DNA from: Candidatus Arthromitus sp. SFB-rat-Yit
GTDB taxonomy: Bacteria; Bacillota; Clostridia; Clostridiales; Clostridiaceae
DNA: 32,000 nt
Direction: 5' to 3'
Assembly: GCF_000283555.1 (NCBI RefSeq)
Contig: NC_016012.1
Span: 1 to 32,000 of the forward strand
The translations under genes and the position numbers were made by a program. Below are positions 1 through 12,586 of the stretch, one piece after another. The notes below the pieces were generated by a model. That model searched no databases. It worked only from the letters and a program-made list of their open reading frames with translations, and had not been told where the DNA came from. Positions within the stretch are counted from its first letter, which is position 1; each line of letters begins with the position of its first letter.

Positions 1-1359
1 TTGGAATTTAGTTATACAGAGTTATGGGATGACATTTTGTTAGAATTGAAAAAAAATTTATCGGATATCAGCTTCAATACATGGTTCTCAGATATAGAAA
101 TTTTAAATATTTACAACTCTACCATAATTCTTGGATGTAATAACTCTTTAATTTTAGAAACTATTAATCTCAGATATATCGATTCATTAACTTCAATAAT
201 ATTCAATATAACAAAGCATTCATATAAAGTTAAATGCATATTGAAAGAATCATTTAAAAATGAATATTCCAAAAATCTGACTAAAACTATTGTATTGAAA
301 AATAATAATGATATTTTAAATACTTCTTTAAATTCTAATTTAAATTCTAAATATACATTTGAAACTTTTGTTGTTGGAAATAGTAATAGATTTGCTCATG
401 CTGCATCTTTAGCTGTTGCAGAATCCCCATCTAAAGCATATAACCCATTATTTATTTATGGCGGTGTAGGTTTGGGAAAAACGCATTTAATGCATGCTAT
501 AGGTCATTTAATCAATGAAAATAATTCTAAATTAAAAGTTGTTTATCTTACTTCAGAAAAATTTATTAATGAGTTAATTAGCTCAATAAAGGACGATAAA
601 AACATAGAATTTAGGGATAAATATAGAACTGTTGACGTTTTACTTATTGATGATGTTCAATTTATTGCTGGAAAAGAACGTACACAAGAAGAATTTTTCC
701 ATACATTCAATGCTCTACATGAATCTAATAAGCAAATTATACTATCAAGCGATAGACCTCCAAAAGAAATAAAGACACTTGAAGAAAGACTACGTTCAAG
801 ATTTGAATGGGGACTAATTGCAGATATACAACCCCCTGATTATGAAACGAGAATAGCTATATTAAGGAAAAAATCTGATGTTGATAATTTGAATGTTCCA
901 AATGAAGTACTTATCTATATAGCAACAAAAATTAAATCAAATATTCGTGAATTAGAAGGGGCCCTTTTAAGAGTAGTAGCCTACACTAATTTAACAAATA
1001 CTCCTATTTCCCTTGAGTTAGCTAAAGAAGCCTTAAAAGACCTAATAAGTGTTAATAATTCAAAAATAATTACAATTGAATACATACAAGAAACAATATC
1101 TAACTACTTTGATTTAACTATCGATATAATTAAATCTCAAAGAAGAACCCAAAATATAGCTTTTCCCAGACAAATTGCTATGTATTTATGTAGAAAACTT
1201 ACAGATTCATCTTTACCTAAAATAGGCGAAAAATTTGGTGGTAGAGACCATACTACAGTCATACATGCTTATGAAAAAATATTAAATAAAATAGAGTCTG
1301 ATCCAGAGTTTAATAATTTAATTAATGAATTATCAAATAAAATTACTAATAATAAATAA
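1..1359 (+). CDS. dnaA: Chromosomal replication initiator protein DnaA
   Basis: Walker [11 protein letters not shown], Walker [12 protein letters not shown], and the C-terminal [15 protein letters not shown] DnaA-box-binding signature. Start codon is TTG at base 1. Confidence 0.98.
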   Translation: MEFSYTELWDDILLELKKNLSDISFNTWFSDIEILNIYNSTIILGCNNSLILETINLRYIDSLTSIIFNITKHSYKVKCILKESFKNEYSKNLTKTIVLKNNNDILNTSLNSNLNSKYTFETFVVGNSNRFAHAASLAVAESPSKAYNPLFIYGGVGLGKTHLMHAIGHLINENNSKLKVVYLTSEKFINELISSIKDDKNIEFRDKYRTVDVLLIDDVQFIAGKERTQEEFFHTFNALHESNKQIILSSDRPPKEIKTLEERLRSRFEWGLIADIQPPDYETRIAILRKKSDVDNLNVPNEVLIYIATKIKSNIRELEGALLRVVAYTNLTNTPISLELAKEALKDLISVNNSKIITIEYIQETISNYFDLTIDIIKSQRRTQNIAFPRQIAMYLCRKLTDSSLPKIGEKFGGRDHTTVIHAYEKILNKIESDPEFNNLINELSNKITNNK

Positions 1360-1532
1360 TAGTTTTCAACTAATGTTTATAACTTATTTTTTATTAATTC
1401 AACTAACAAAACTTTTACTATTATACATTAGGTTTTTCATATTCTTTACACTAATTATTAACAAGACTATTTTTTCTACGTGTAACTATTTTTATATAAA
1501 AAATTTGGTTTCAACAAAATTAACAACCCTTA

Positions 1533-1550
1533 TTACTATTACTACTATAA
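1533..1550. promoter_or_regulatory. Possible DnaA-trio-like origin-unwinding element in the dnaA-dnaN intergenic region
   Basis: TTACTATTACTACTATAA, whose complement reads TTATAGTAGTAATAGTAA. It sits in a very AT-rich dnaA-dnaN spacer. No consensus DnaA box was seen beside it. Confidence 0.3.
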
Positions 1551-1588
1551 TTTTTTAATTTTATTTAATTATTAAGGATGGTTTAATT

Positions 1589-2695
1589 ATGAAATTTTTT
1601 TGCAATAAATCAGAATTGGTTGAAAAAATAAATATTGTTCAAAAAGCTATAACAAATAAAATCAATTCCTCTGTTTTAGGTAGTATATTTATGCATATAG
1701 ATGATAATAATTTAACAATGATTGGCGTAGATACAGATTTATCAATTGAAACAAAGGTTAATGCTAAGGTAGTCGAACAAGGTAAATTATTTTTAGATTC
1801 AAAATTGTTTGGTGAAATAATAAAAAGACTTCCTTCGGATAAAATTGAAATCAAAAACAATGAGTTAAATAAAAAAAATATAATTATTTCATCAGGTAAT
1901 ACTGAATTTAATTTATTGAATTTAGATTCAAAAGAATATCCTCAAATACCCCAAGTTGATTTTCAAAATAAAATATTATTAAAACAATCTATATTTAAGA
2001 ATATGATAAAAAGCACAACTTTTTCTGCCTCGTTTGATGAATCTAAAGGTATAATTACAGGAGTTCTTATAAATATAAAGAATAATATTTTAACTTTTGT
2101 AGCCTTAGACGGATTTAGGCTTGCATTAAAAAGTGAAATTATAGATAATAATGAGGATATAAATATAATAATTCCAGCTAGGACGTTAAATGAATTAAAT
2201 AAAATACTTAAAGAAACAGATGATTTAATTGAAATATATCTTACAAATAATTTCATAATGATAAATGTGAATAATGATAAAATAGTATTAAAATTACTCC
2301 AAGGAGACTTTATAAAATATGATTCAATAATACCTAGAGAATATAAATTATCTGTTATTGTTTCTAAATATGAATTAATTAATGGATTAGAAAGATCAAC
2401 ATTATTAACTAAAGATAAAAACAACAATTTAGTTAAAATGGAAATAAGAGAAGATAAATTAGTATTAAAGTCCCATTCTTCTTTTGGTCAACTAAAGGAG
2501 GAAATAGTAATAAAAAAAGATGGGATAGATTTAGATATAGCTTTTAATTCTAGATATCTTGTTGATGCGGTTAAATCAATCGAAGAGGATGAGATTGAAA
2601 TTAAATTTAATAATAATATAACTCCTTGTATAATTAAGGGTAATAAAAGCGATAGTTCAAAGTATATGGTTTTACCTGTTAGATTTATTGTTTAA
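1589..2695 (+). CDS. dnaN: DNA polymerase III beta subunit (sliding clamp)
   Basis: 368-aa ORF directly after dnaA, with typical DnaN C-terminus ...YMVLPVRFIV and internal ...GVLINIKNNILTFVALDGFRLA. Confidence 0.97.
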   Translation: MKFFCNKSELVEKINIVQKAITNKINSSVLGSIFMHIDDNNLTMIGVDTDLSIETKVNAKVVEQGKLFLDSKLFGEIIKRLPSDKIEIKNNELNKKNIIISSGNTEFNLLNLDSKEYPQIPQVDFQNKILLKQSIFKNMIKSTTFSASFDESKGIITGVLINIKNNILTFVALDGFRLALKSEIIDNNEDINIIIPARTLNELNKILKETDDLIEIYLTNNFIMINVNNDKIVLKLLQGDFIKYDSIIPREYKLSVIVSKYELINGLERSTLLTKDKNNNLVKMEIREDKLVLKSHSSFGQLKEEIVIKKDGIDLDIAFNSRYLVDAVKSIEEDEIEIKFNNNITPCIIKGNKSDSSKYMVLPVRFIV

Positions 2696-2706
2696 TATAA
2701 TTTGGA

Positions 2707-2741
2707 TTTTAAGATCATTTAATTTATAAATGATCTTAAAA
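2707..2741. terminator. Stem-loop between dnaN and recF, possible intrinsic terminator or attenuator
   Basis: TTTTAAGATCATTTA / TAAATGATCTTAAAA: 15-bp perfect inverted repeat with a 5-nt loop, followed by ATTTTAT. Confidence 0.6.
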
Positions 2742-2759
2742 TTTTATTTGGAGATAATA

Positions 2760-3860
2760 ATGCGGTTTTGTGATATTAAATTGGAAAACTTTAGGAATTA
2801 TAAGAATATAAGTATTAATTTACATGCAAATTTAAATATTTTAGTAGGTAATAATGGAGGGGGAAAAACAAATATATTAGAATCAATTTATTTTTTTTCA
2901 TTGTTAAAATCCCATAGAACAACAAAATTAAATAATTTAATTAATTTTAAAGAACAGTATACGCAAATATTTGCTAATATTATAAAAGATGATGAAAAAA
3001 AATTAGTAGGACGTGTTAAATTTGATAAGTTAAAAGGGAAAAATATAAATATAAATAATTTAAATATTAGTAGATTAATAGATTTTATAGGGTATATAAA
3101 AGTTATTATGATAGCTCCGGAAGATATGAAAATAATTAAAGATTCACCTGCTATTAGAAGAAAATTTTTAGATATTAATATATCTCAAATTGATAGAACT
3201 TATTTAGAATGTATTATTAACTATAATAAAGTTTTAAAATTAAAAAATAATTTACTGAAAGAAAAAAATGTTAACGATAAGCTACTGGATGTATATGATG
3301 AACAAATAGCCTCATACAGTGAAATTATAATTAATAAAAGATTAGAATATATAGATAAGATAGACAAAATTTCCAAAAATATACATACTAATATATCTCT
3401 TAATAAAGAAAATATAATAATTACCTATAATTCTTTTATAGATTTGGAAATTTGTAGAAATAATAAAAATATAAAAGATATAATTATAAATATATTAAAA
3501 AAAGATAGGTCTATGGATAAAATTAGACAAAGTTCTAGTAAGGGTATACATAGAGATGATTTTATAGTTTTTATAAATGATAAAGAAGCTTCGAATTATT
3601 CATCGCAAGGTCAACAAAAAAGTGCAATTATATCTATAAAATTAGCTATTGTAAAAATAATAAAGGAAATTACAAAAGAATATCCTGTATTACTTTTAGA
3701 TGATGTATTATCAGAACTTGATAGTGAAAGGAGGAATTTTTTAATAAATTTCCTTCCAAATGTTCAAACATTTATAACTTGTACTGAAATATATGAGGAA
3801 ATTTTAAGACCCTGTAAGGTTTTTAATATACACAAAGGTGAAATTTTAGAGAGGTGTTAA
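2760..3860 (+). CDS. recF: DNA replication and repair protein RecF
   Basis: Walker A GNNGGGKTNILESIYF, LLLDDVLSELD, and QGQQKS. The start is better placed at ATG 2760 (MRFCDIKLENFRNY) after GGAGATAATA than at the ORF track's 2730. Confidence 0.96.
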   Translation: MRFCDIKLENFRNYKNISINLHANLNILVGNNGGGKTNILESIYFFSLLKSHRTTKLNNLINFKEQYTQIFANIIKDDEKKLVGRVKFDKLKGKNININNLNISRLIDFIGYIKVIMIAPEDMKIIKDSPAIRRKFLDINISQIDRTYLECIINYNKVLKLKNNLLKEKNVNDKLLDVYDEQIASYSEIIINKRLEYIDKIDKISKNIHTNISLNKENIIITYNSFIDLEICRNNKNIKDIIINILKKDRSMDKIRQSSSKGIHRDDFIVFINDKEASNYSSQGQQKSAIISIKLAIVKIIKEITKEYPVLLLDDVLSELDSERRNFLINFLPNVQTFITCTEIYEEILRPCKVFNIHKGEILERC

Positions 3861-3861
3861 A

Positions 3862-4119
3862 TTGTATATTCAATTAGGAAATGAAGTAAGTGTTATAGAT
3901 AAAGATATAGTTGGTATATTTAATATAGATACAACTTTTAAATCTAAAGATAGTAATGATTTCTTAAGAATATCTGATGAAGAGGGATTTGTACAAAAAA
4001 CGTATGATTATTATATTAAATCTGTTGTAGTAACAGAGATAAATAATAAAAGTAAGATTTTTTTATCTTCAATTTCATCTCATACATTAATAAAAAGAAT
4101 TAGTGGAGATAAAATTTAA
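3862..4119 (+). CDS. remB: RemB/DUF370-family extracellular matrix regulatory protein
   Basis: 85-aa MYIQLGNEVSVIDKDIVGIFNID..., TTG start with GAGGTG RBS, located between recF and gyrB as in many Firmicutes. Confidence 0.85.
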   Translation: MYIQLGNEVSVIDKDIVGIFNIDTTFKSKDSNDFLRISDEEGFVQKTYDYYIKSVVVTEINNKSKIFLSSISSHTLIKRISGDKI

Positions 4120-4151
4120 ATTTTTAATATAAACCGTTTGGAGGAATTTGA

Positions 4152-6071
<1,920 letters not shown>

Positions 6072-6090
6072 TTATGGGGAGGATCTATAT

Positions 6091-8517
6091 ATGTCAAATA
6101 ATGAAGGAAGAATATTAAATATAGATATAAGTTCAGAAATGAAAAAATGTTATATGGAATATTCTATGAGTGTAATAATAGGAAGAGCACTCCCTGATAT
6201 TAGAGATGGTTTAAAACCAGTACATAGAAGAATTTTATATTCAATGTATAGCTTATCATTATACCCAGACAAACCTTATAGGAAGAGCGCGAAGATTGTT
6301 GGAGATGTTTTGGCAAATTTCCACCCTCATGGTGATTCATCTGTTTATGATGCTTTAGTTAGAATGGCACAAGATTTTTCGATGAGGAATCCTTTGGTAA
6401 ATGGACATGGTAATTTTGGATCAATTGATGGTGATTCTGCAGCGGCTATGCGTTACACAGAAGCTAAAATGAGTAAAATTACATTAGAAATGGTAAGGGA
6501 TATAAATAAAGAAACGGTAGATTTTTTAGATAATTATGATGGATCTGAAAAAGAGCCAGCTACACTTCCAAGCAGAATACCTAATTTACTTATTAATGGA
6601 TCATCTGGAATTGCTGTTGGTATGGCAACTAATATACCTCCTCATAATTTAGGGGAAGTTATAGATGCCATAATATGTTTAATTGATGATGGAGAAGATG
6701 TAAGCATAGATGAGTTAATGAAATATATAAAGGGTCCTGATTTTCCATTAGGTGGTATTATATTAGGGGTTAATGGTATAAGAGATGCGTATCAAACAGG
6801 AAAAGGTAAGATAACAATAAGATCAAAATCTGTAATTAAGGAAATAAACAATAGAAACTGTATAATAATTACAGAAATCCCATATCAGGTTAATAAATCA
6901 AGACTAATTGAATATATAGCTGAACTTATAAGAGATAAGAAAATTACAGGAATACATGATTTAAGAGATGAATCAGATAGGGAAGGTATAAGAATTGTAA
7001 TTGAATTAAAAAGAGATGTTAATGCAAATATAATATTAAATCAATTATATAAATTAACAAAACTTCAAGATACATTTGGTGTTATTATGCTTGCTTTAGT
7101 TGATAACGAGCCTAAAATCTTAAATATTAAAGAAATTTTAGTTCATTATCTTAACTATCAAAAACAAGTTGTAACTAGAAGAACTCAATTTGATTATAAG
7201 AAAGCAGAGCATAGTAAACATATATTAGAAGGGTATAAAATCGCTCTAGATAATATCGATCAAATTATTAAATTAATAAGGGAATCCAGCAATAATGAAA
7301 TAGCTAAGGAAGGTTTAATAAAGCAATTTGGATTTACAGAAATTCAAGCGGTATCTATATTAGAAATGAGGCTTAGAAGGTTAACAGCTCTAGAGAGAGA
7401 TAAGATAGAGTTAGAGTTATCTGAGAAGATACAACTAATAAAAGAGTTGAAAGAAATACTTGATAATGAAAGATCTTTACTCAAACTCATAAAAAATGAA
7501 CTCTTAGATATAAAGAAAATACACAATACTGACAGAAGAACCTATATAGATGAAATGTTTTATGAGGATGACATAGATAGGGATAATTTAATACATAAAG
7601 AGAATATAGTTGTTACATTAACTCACGATGGATATATTAAGAGGATGGCATCTAATACGTACTCCAGTCAAAAAAGAGGAGGCAGAGGTATGCAGGCTAT
7701 GACAGTAAAAGAAAATGATTTTATAGAAAATATTTTCCATACAACGACACACCATAATTTGTTATTTTTTACAAATTTAGGTAGAGTATATAATATAAAA
7801 GCTTATGAAATACCTGATTCATCAAGGATAGCTAAAGGTATAAACATAGTAAATTTAATAAATTTAAATAGCAATGAAAAAGTTCAAGTTGTTTTATGTT
7901 TAGATAAATTAGATGATAATGGATATGTATTAATGGCTACTAAACTTGGGCTTATTAAGAAAACTAAGATTTCAGAATTTTCAAAAATAAGAAAAAATGG
8001 ATTAATTGCAATAGGTATAAAAGATAATGATGAGTTATTAAATGTAAAGCAAACAAAAGGTGATGCTGATATAGTAATGGTTACTAGTTGTGGATATGCA
8101 ATAGTATTTAATGAAAAAAATATACGTGCTATGGGAAGAGGTGCATCTGGGGTTAAAGCTATTACACTAAGAGAAGGAGATAGCCTTATTTCTATAGATA
8201 TTGCAACAGAAGGAGAAGATTTGTTAATTACAAGTGAAAATGGATATGGTAAGAGAACAGCATTAAAAAATTACCCTGTACAAAATAGAGGGGGAAAAGG
8301 CATAAAAACTTATAAGATAACTGAAAAGACAGGTAAAGTATCTTGTGCATGTGTTGTAAATAAGAATAATGATGTTATGCTTATTAATTCAAATGGAGTT
8401 GGAATACGAATAAAGGTAAGTGATATTTCACAAATAGGCAGGAGTTCATTAGGTGTTAAACTTATGAGAACAACAAATAATGAAAAGATAACTACAATAG
8501 GCAAGATAAAAGAGTAA
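6091..8517 (+). CDS. gyrA: DNA gyrase subunit A
   Basis: MSVIIGRALPDIRDGLKPVHRRILYSM, active-site region AAMRYTEAKM, GyrA-box QNRGGKG. Confidence 0.98.
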   Translation: MSNNEGRILNIDISSEMKKCYMEYSMSVIIGRALPDIRDGLKPVHRRILYSMYSLSLYPDKPYRKSAKIVGDVLANFHPHGDSSVYDALVRMAQDFSMRNPLVNGHGNFGSIDGDSAAAMRYTEAKMSKITLEMVRDINKETVDFLDNYDGSEKEPATLPSRIPNLLINGSSGIAVGMATNIPPHNLGEVIDAIICLIDDGEDVSIDELMKYIKGPDFPLGGIILGVNGIRDAYQTGKGKITIRSKSVIKEINNRNCIIITEIPYQVNKSRLIEYIAELIRDKKITGIHDLRDESDREGIRIVIELKRDVNANIILNQLYKLTKLQDTFGVIMLALVDNEPKILNIKEILVHYLNYQKQVVTRRTQFDYKKAEHSKHILEGYKIALDNIDQIIKLIRESSNNEIAKEGLIKQFGFTEIQAVSILEMRLRRLTALERDKIELELSEKIQLIKELKEILDNERSLLKLIKNELLDIKKIHNTDRRTYIDEMFYEDDIDRDNLIHKENIVVTLTHDGYIKRMASNTYSSQKRGGRGMQAMTVKENDFIENIFHTTTHHNLLFFTNLGRVYNIKAYEIPDSSRIAKGINIVNLINLNSNEKVQVVLCLDKLDDNGYVLMATKLGLIKKTKISEFSKIRKNGLIAIGIKDNDELLNVKQTKGDADIVMVTSCGYAIVFNEKNIRAMGRGASGVKAITLREGDSLISIDIATEGEDLLITSENGYGKRTALKNYPVQNRGGKGIKTYKITEKTGKVSCACVVNKNNDVMLINSNGVGIRIKVSDISQIGRSSLGVKLMRTTNNEKITTIGKIKE

Positions 8518-8543
8518 AAAATGAAAAAATAATTTAAAAAGTA

Positions 8544-8572
8544 TTGACAACTTATATAAATAAACATATAAT
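8544..8572 (+). promoter_or_regulatory. Consensus sigma-70/sigmaA promoter for the tRNA pair
   Basis: TTGACA, 17-bp spacer, TATAAT, located 24 bp upstream of the first tRNA. Confidence 0.85.
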
Positions 8573-8596
8573 AAGAATGTAAGTTGTTCTTACTAA

Positions 8597-8673
8597 GGAT
8601 CTTTAGCTCAGTTGGTTAGAGCAACCGGCTCATAACCGGTCGGTCCGGGGTTCGAGTCCCTGAAGATCCACCA
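8597..8673 (+). tRNA. tRNA with CAT anticodon, probably tRNA-Ile2 (lysidine-type) rather than elongator Met
   Basis: GGATCTTTAGCTCAG...CTCATAA...GGTTCGAGTCC...GATCCACCA. Full cloverleaf with encoded CCA. The isotype is judged from resemblance to Firmicutes Ile2 tRNAs. Confidence 0.93.
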
Positions 8674-8674
8674 T

Positions 8675-8750
8675 GGGGGTATAGCTCAGTTGGGAGAGCA
8701 CCTGCCTTGCACGCAGGGGGTCAAGGGTTCGAGTCCCTTTATCTCCACCA
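8675..8750 (+). tRNA. tRNA-Ala(TGC)
   Basis: GGGGGTATAGCTCAG...CTTGCAC loop...GGTTCGAGTCCC...TATCTCCACCA. Confidence 0.97.
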
Positions 8751-8753
8751 TTT

Positions 8754-8800
8754 ATAAACAGAAAAGAGTACGTATTGGATGCGTACTCTTTTCTGTTTAT
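8754..8800. terminator. Intrinsic terminator after tRNA-Ala
   Basis: ATAAACAGAAAAGAGTACG / CGTACTCTTTTCTGTTTAT: 19-bp perfect stem with a 9-nt loop. Symmetric, so probably bidirectional. Confidence 0.85.
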
Positions 8801-8830
8801 TTCTCAAATATCAAATATTAAGGGAAAACG

Positions 8831-9337
8831 ATGGATAGAATAAAACAATTTTTATTTTATATATTTAGTTTGTTTTATAAAATAGATGAAGAATTTTTAA
8901 AAAATTATCTAGATAAAGAAGAGTTATATTATTTCAACAAACTCTTAAAAAGTGAAAAACAGCATTGTATAAAAGTTGCTAAAAAATGTTTAAAAGTGTA
9001 TGATAAATTCGGTATATGTGATTATGAAGTTAGCTTAGTGATAAAGATGTGTTTACTTCATGATATCGGGAAAATATATTCAAGATTAAATTTGTTTTTA
9101 AAGCCTGTTATTGTTATTATTACAAATAATAGAAGAATAAGGAAACTGATATTTTTTATAGATAAAAAACGTATTTGCAAGTATTTAAAACATTCAAAAT
9201 ATAGCTATGATATTTTGAAAAAATTTAGATATTCAGATGATTTTTTATATTCTATCAGATATCATCATTCAGAAAAAATAATGAGGAATAATAAATACAT
9301 TAATTTGTTAAAATATTGTGATTCTAATTATTGTTAA
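8831..9337 (+). CDS. HD-domain protein
   Basis: HCIKVAKKCLKVYDKFG...VIKMCLLHDIGK...YHHSEK: HD metal-binding pattern. Confidence 0.75.
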   Translation: MDRIKQFLFYIFSLFYKIDEEFLKNYLDKEELYYFNKLLKSEKQHCIKVAKKCLKVYDKFGICDYEVSLVIKMCLLHDIGKIYSRLNLFLKPVIVIITNNRRIRKLIFFIDKKRICKYLKHSKYSYDILKKFRYSDDFLYSIRYHHSEKIMRNNKYINLLKYCDSNYC

Positions 9338-9402
9338 TATTTAAATAAGTAATTTGATATTTTAAAACAAAAAAATTTTAAAATTTAGTAGAGGAGATTT
9401 TT

Positions 9403-10689
9403 ATGTTAGATTTAAAATTTATTGTTTATAATAAAGATTTTGTAAAACAAAAATTGAGTAATAGAGGAGAGGATTTTTTAGTTGACACAATAGATGATCT
9501 TATTGAATTTTATAAGGAAAAGAATTCTTTTATACTTAAAGTAGAAGAATTAAAGAATAAGAGAAATGTTTCTTCAAAAAAAATAGCTGAATTAAAAAAG
9601 AATGGTGAGAATGTTGATGATATCTTTAAGGAAATGAAAAATTTAAGTGATAAAATCAAGGAATTAGATAAAAAAATACATATTTTAAATGAAAAAATAA
9701 ATTATATAATGCTTAGAATTCCTAATTTACCTAGTGATGATGTACCAGAAGGTGATAGTGATCAAGACAATATTGAGGTCAGAAAATGGGGAGAACCAAT
9801 TAAGCATGATTTTGAAATAAAAGCACATTGGGATATAGCTAAAAGTTTAGATATATTAGATTTTGAAAGAAGTGCTAAAGTTACAGGATCTAGATTTGTG
9901 TTTTATAAAGGATTGGGGGCAAGATTAGAGAGAGCACTTATAAATTATTTTTTAGATGTACAAACGATGAAACATGGGTATGTAGAGATTATTCCACCTT
10001 ATATGGCAAATAAAGATAGTTTTACAGGTACGGGTCAATTACCAAAATTTGCAGATGATGCATTTTTAGTAGAGAATAAAGATTATTTTCTAATACCGAC
10101 AGCAGAAATACCAGTTACGAATTATTATAGAGATGAAATAATTAGTTTAAGTGAGACAAAACCTGTACAGAAATTTGTAGCTTATAGTGCTTGTTTTAGA
10201 TCTGAGGCTGGTTCAGCCGGTAGAGATACGAGAGGTTTGATAAGGTTACATCAATTTAATAAAGTTGAATTGGTTAAGTTTTGTCGTGAAGAAGATTCTT
10301 ATAATGAATTAGAGAAGCTTGTTAATGATGCTGAGTTTTTATTGAAAGAGTTAAAGTTACCTTATAGAGTTGTTAAAGTATGCAAAGGTGATTTAGGGTT
10401 TTCACAGTCCTTTAAATATGATATAGAAGTTTGGATGCCAAGTTATAATAGATATGTTGAAATATCTAGCTGTAGTAATTTTGAGAGTTTTCAGAGCCGT
10501 AGGGGCAATATAAGGTATAGAGAAAACAACTCATCTAAAACTAAATTTGTGCATACGTTAAATGGGTCAGGATTAGCTGTTGGTAGGACATTTGCAGCGA
10601 TACTTGAAAATTTCCAAACATCAGATTGTAGAGTTGTTATACCAGAAGTACTGAGGAAATACTTTAATGGATTAGAAATTATATCTTAA
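9403..10689 (+). CDS. serS: Seryl-tRNA synthetase
   Basis: N-terminal coiled coil, [66 protein letters not shown]. Confidence 0.98.
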   Translation: MLDLKFIVYNKDFVKQKLSNRGEDFLVDTIDDLIEFYKEKNSFILKVEELKNKRNVSSKKIAELKKNGENVDDIFKEMKNLSDKIKELDKKIHILNEKINYIMLRIPNLPSDDVPEGDSDQDNIEVRKWGEPIKHDFEIKAHWDIAKSLDILDFERSAKVTGSRFVFYKGLGARLERALINYFLDVQTMKHGYVEIIPPYMANKDSFTGTGQLPKFADDAFLVENKDYFLIPTAEIPVTNYYRDEIISLSETKPVQKFVAYSACFRSEAGSAGRDTRGLIRLHQFNKVELVKFCREEDSYNELEKLVNDAEFLLKELKLPYRVVKVCKGDLGFSQSFKYDIEVWMPSYNRYVEISSCSNFESFQSRRGNIRYRENNSSKTKFVHTLNGSGLAVGRTFAAILENFQTSDCRVVIPEVLRKYFNGLEIIS

Positions 10690-10718
10690 TTGATGTTTGA
10701 TTTCTAAGGAGGGTATTG

Positions 10719-12320
10719 ATGACTAAAAATATTAAAAGAGGAATTGTTTTAATATTAATAGTGCTTATTTTTATAGGTATATGTAGTTTGGTTAATTTAA
10801 ACAGTTTAACTAAGAAGGTATATGTATATAATAATGGATCAATAGATTTTGAGAGTAAAAAGTTCATAAGATTGTATGATGATGATTTTAATTATACTAA
10901 GTTAAGCAATAAGGATTATCCATATATAGGTTATTTAAATAAGAACAACTATTTTAAAGAGAATATAAATATTTCTGAAATTGATAATGGGAAAGTTATT
11001 TATGTTGATCCATTTCAAGAATATATAAATGTTGAGGATCCATATTTGTATGGAGGACTTTATGTTAATAGTAGTTATTATGATGAATTTATGTTAAATT
11101 TTGATTTTACGGAGTATTATAAAGAGTTATCTTTAGTAGATGAAGGTAAAAGTTTTAATTTATCCAATGAGGAATGTGAAATCATCAAAAATATAGTTTT
11201 AAATAATGTTTATAATGATAGAAATTATGATGGTATAAAGCAGTATTTATCAGAGTATTCTTATGATTTAAATATAAGGCATAAGGTATATACAGATATT
11301 TATTTAAAGTTGAGGATTTATAGAGATAAAAATGATAACTTAATTCTCAAATTTAATGATATGAATTATTATGTAAACGAATTTAAAAATAATGATGAGG
11401 TAAATCAAAATACGTCCTATTATACATATAGAGGTGATGATTACGGATATTTGTATAACAACATAACTACTCAAGAAGATTTAGAAAATTTTGCATTTCA
11501 TGATTATATAATTGAAACTATGGATTCAAATGTTTATTCAAATTATGCTAGTTATGCACTTGACGTAATAAATGATGAAAAGTTATCTATTAAGGATAAA
11601 TTGTCCTTGTTAAAACAAACTTTGTATATAAAGTATAAACCTACAAATAGAGAAGATTTTTCATTAAAGATTGATAGGATAAAGAATTTAAATATTATAG
11701 GTGATAATAGGAAGACATATAGGATAAATCATAAGTTTTTGTTTGATATATTTAATTATCCAGCTAATGTGTATTCACTAGCGTTTTATGAAGATGATGT
11801 TTTATATACCATTCCTGAAAGATATAAAGAGTTATATGAGAATTTTGTAAATATAATTATTAATGATCCTGAGGTTGATTATTTAAAAAAGAATGATATG
11901 ATAGTCGAACTTCAAAATCATTTAGCGGTTGTTGATGAGAAACAATTAAGTTCATTAAGAGATAAGTATGGAGAAATTGAAATTTTAGAAGAAAGTGTTG
12001 ATAGGATCAAATATACATCTGGGTATTATGGGTTTTTGTATGATGATATTGGGAATATAAATGATTTAAAAGATTTTGCCTTACATAAAGAGGTTCTTGA
12101 TAATATATTTAATGATTATTTTAAAGATATTTATATAAATAGAATCAATGAAATAATAGATGATGATAGGAACTTGGATGAAAAATTAAAGAGTGTTGTT
12201 GAGTGTCAATTGAAATTTACTTTAATACCTATCACTAAACAAAAATATTATAGAGAAACATATAAAAATAATTATTTTAATCAGAGTTATATAAACAAGA
12301 TTAAGAAAATATTATCTTAA
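10719..12320 (+). CDS. Membrane-anchored, predicted exported protein of unknown function with internal repeats
   Basis: N-terminal TM GIVLILIVLIFIGICSLV. Two similar segments of about 80 aa, each starting with a GY(L/F)LY(N/D)(N/D)I pattern. ATG 10719 follows an AGGAGGG RBS. Confidence 0.7.
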   Translation: MTKNIKRGIVLILIVLIFIGICSLVNLNSLTKKVYVYNNGSIDFESKKFIRLYDDDFNYTKLSNKDYPYIGYLNKNNYFKENINISEIDNGKVIYVDPFQEYINVEDPYLYGGLYVNSSYYDEFMLNFDFTEYYKELSLVDEGKSFNLSNEECEIIKNIVLNNVYNDRNYDGIKQYLSEYSYDLNIRHKVYTDIYLKLRIYRDKNDNLILKFNDMNYYVNEFKNNDEVNQNTSYYTYRGDDYGYLYNNITTQEDLENFAFHDYIIETMDSNVYSNYASYALDVINDEKLSIKDKLSLLKQTLYIKYKPTNREDFSLKIDRIKNLNIIGDNRKTYRINHKFLFDIFNYPANVYSLAFYEDDVLYTIPERYKELYENFVNIIINDPEVDYLKKNDMIVELQNHLAVVDEKQLSSLRDKYGEIEILEESVDRIKYTSGYYGFLYDDIGNINDLKDFALHKEVLDNIFNDYFKDIYINRINEIIDDDRNLDEKLKSVVECQLKFTLIPITKQKYYRETYKNNYFNQSYINKIKKILS

Positions 12321-12349
12321 AAAATTAACTATTATATTACGAAAAAGTA

Positions 12350-12378
12350 TTGACACATATTTTTTAAAGTGATATAAT
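12350..12378 (+). promoter_or_regulatory. Consensus promoter upstream of the tRNA-Ser pair
   Basis: TTGACA, 17-bp spacer, TATAAT. Confidence 0.85.
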
Positions 12379-12393
12379 AGTTATCGTAACGAT

Positions 12394-12484
12394 GGAGAGA
12401 TGGTCGAGTGGTTTAAGGCACCGGTCTTGAAAACCGGCGTGCGTTGATAGCGTACCGTGGGTTCGAATCCCACTCTCTCCGCCA
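12394..12484 (+). tRNA. tRNA-Ser(TGA)
   Basis: GGAGAGATGGTCGAG...CTTGAAA loop, long variable arm, GGTTCGAATCCCACTCTCTCCGCCA. Confidence 0.97.
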
Positions 12485-12495
12485 ATTAATTTTTT

Positions 12496-12586
12496 GGAGA
12501 AATACTCAAGTGGCTAAAGAGGCACCCCTGCTAAGGGTGTAGGCTAGGAAACTGGTGCGAGGGTTCGAATCCCTCTTTCTCCGCCA
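12496..12586 (+). tRNA. tRNA-Ser(GCT)
   Basis: GGAGAAATACTCAAG...CTGCTAA loop, long variable arm, GGTTCGAATCCCTCTTTCTCCGCCA. Confidence 0.97.

Noticed and set aside
1325-1558. 77-aa ORF overlapping the 3' end of dnaA and the intergenic region
   Set aside because: It has a low-complexity hydrophobic translation of an AT-rich origin-type spacer, with no convincing RBS. The start overlaps dnaA.
1639-2427. Minus-strand ORFs of 73 and 154 aa inside dnaN
   Set aside because: They lie antisense to the intact dnaN frame, have no domain-like sequence, and are low-complexity by-products of AT-rich coding DNA.
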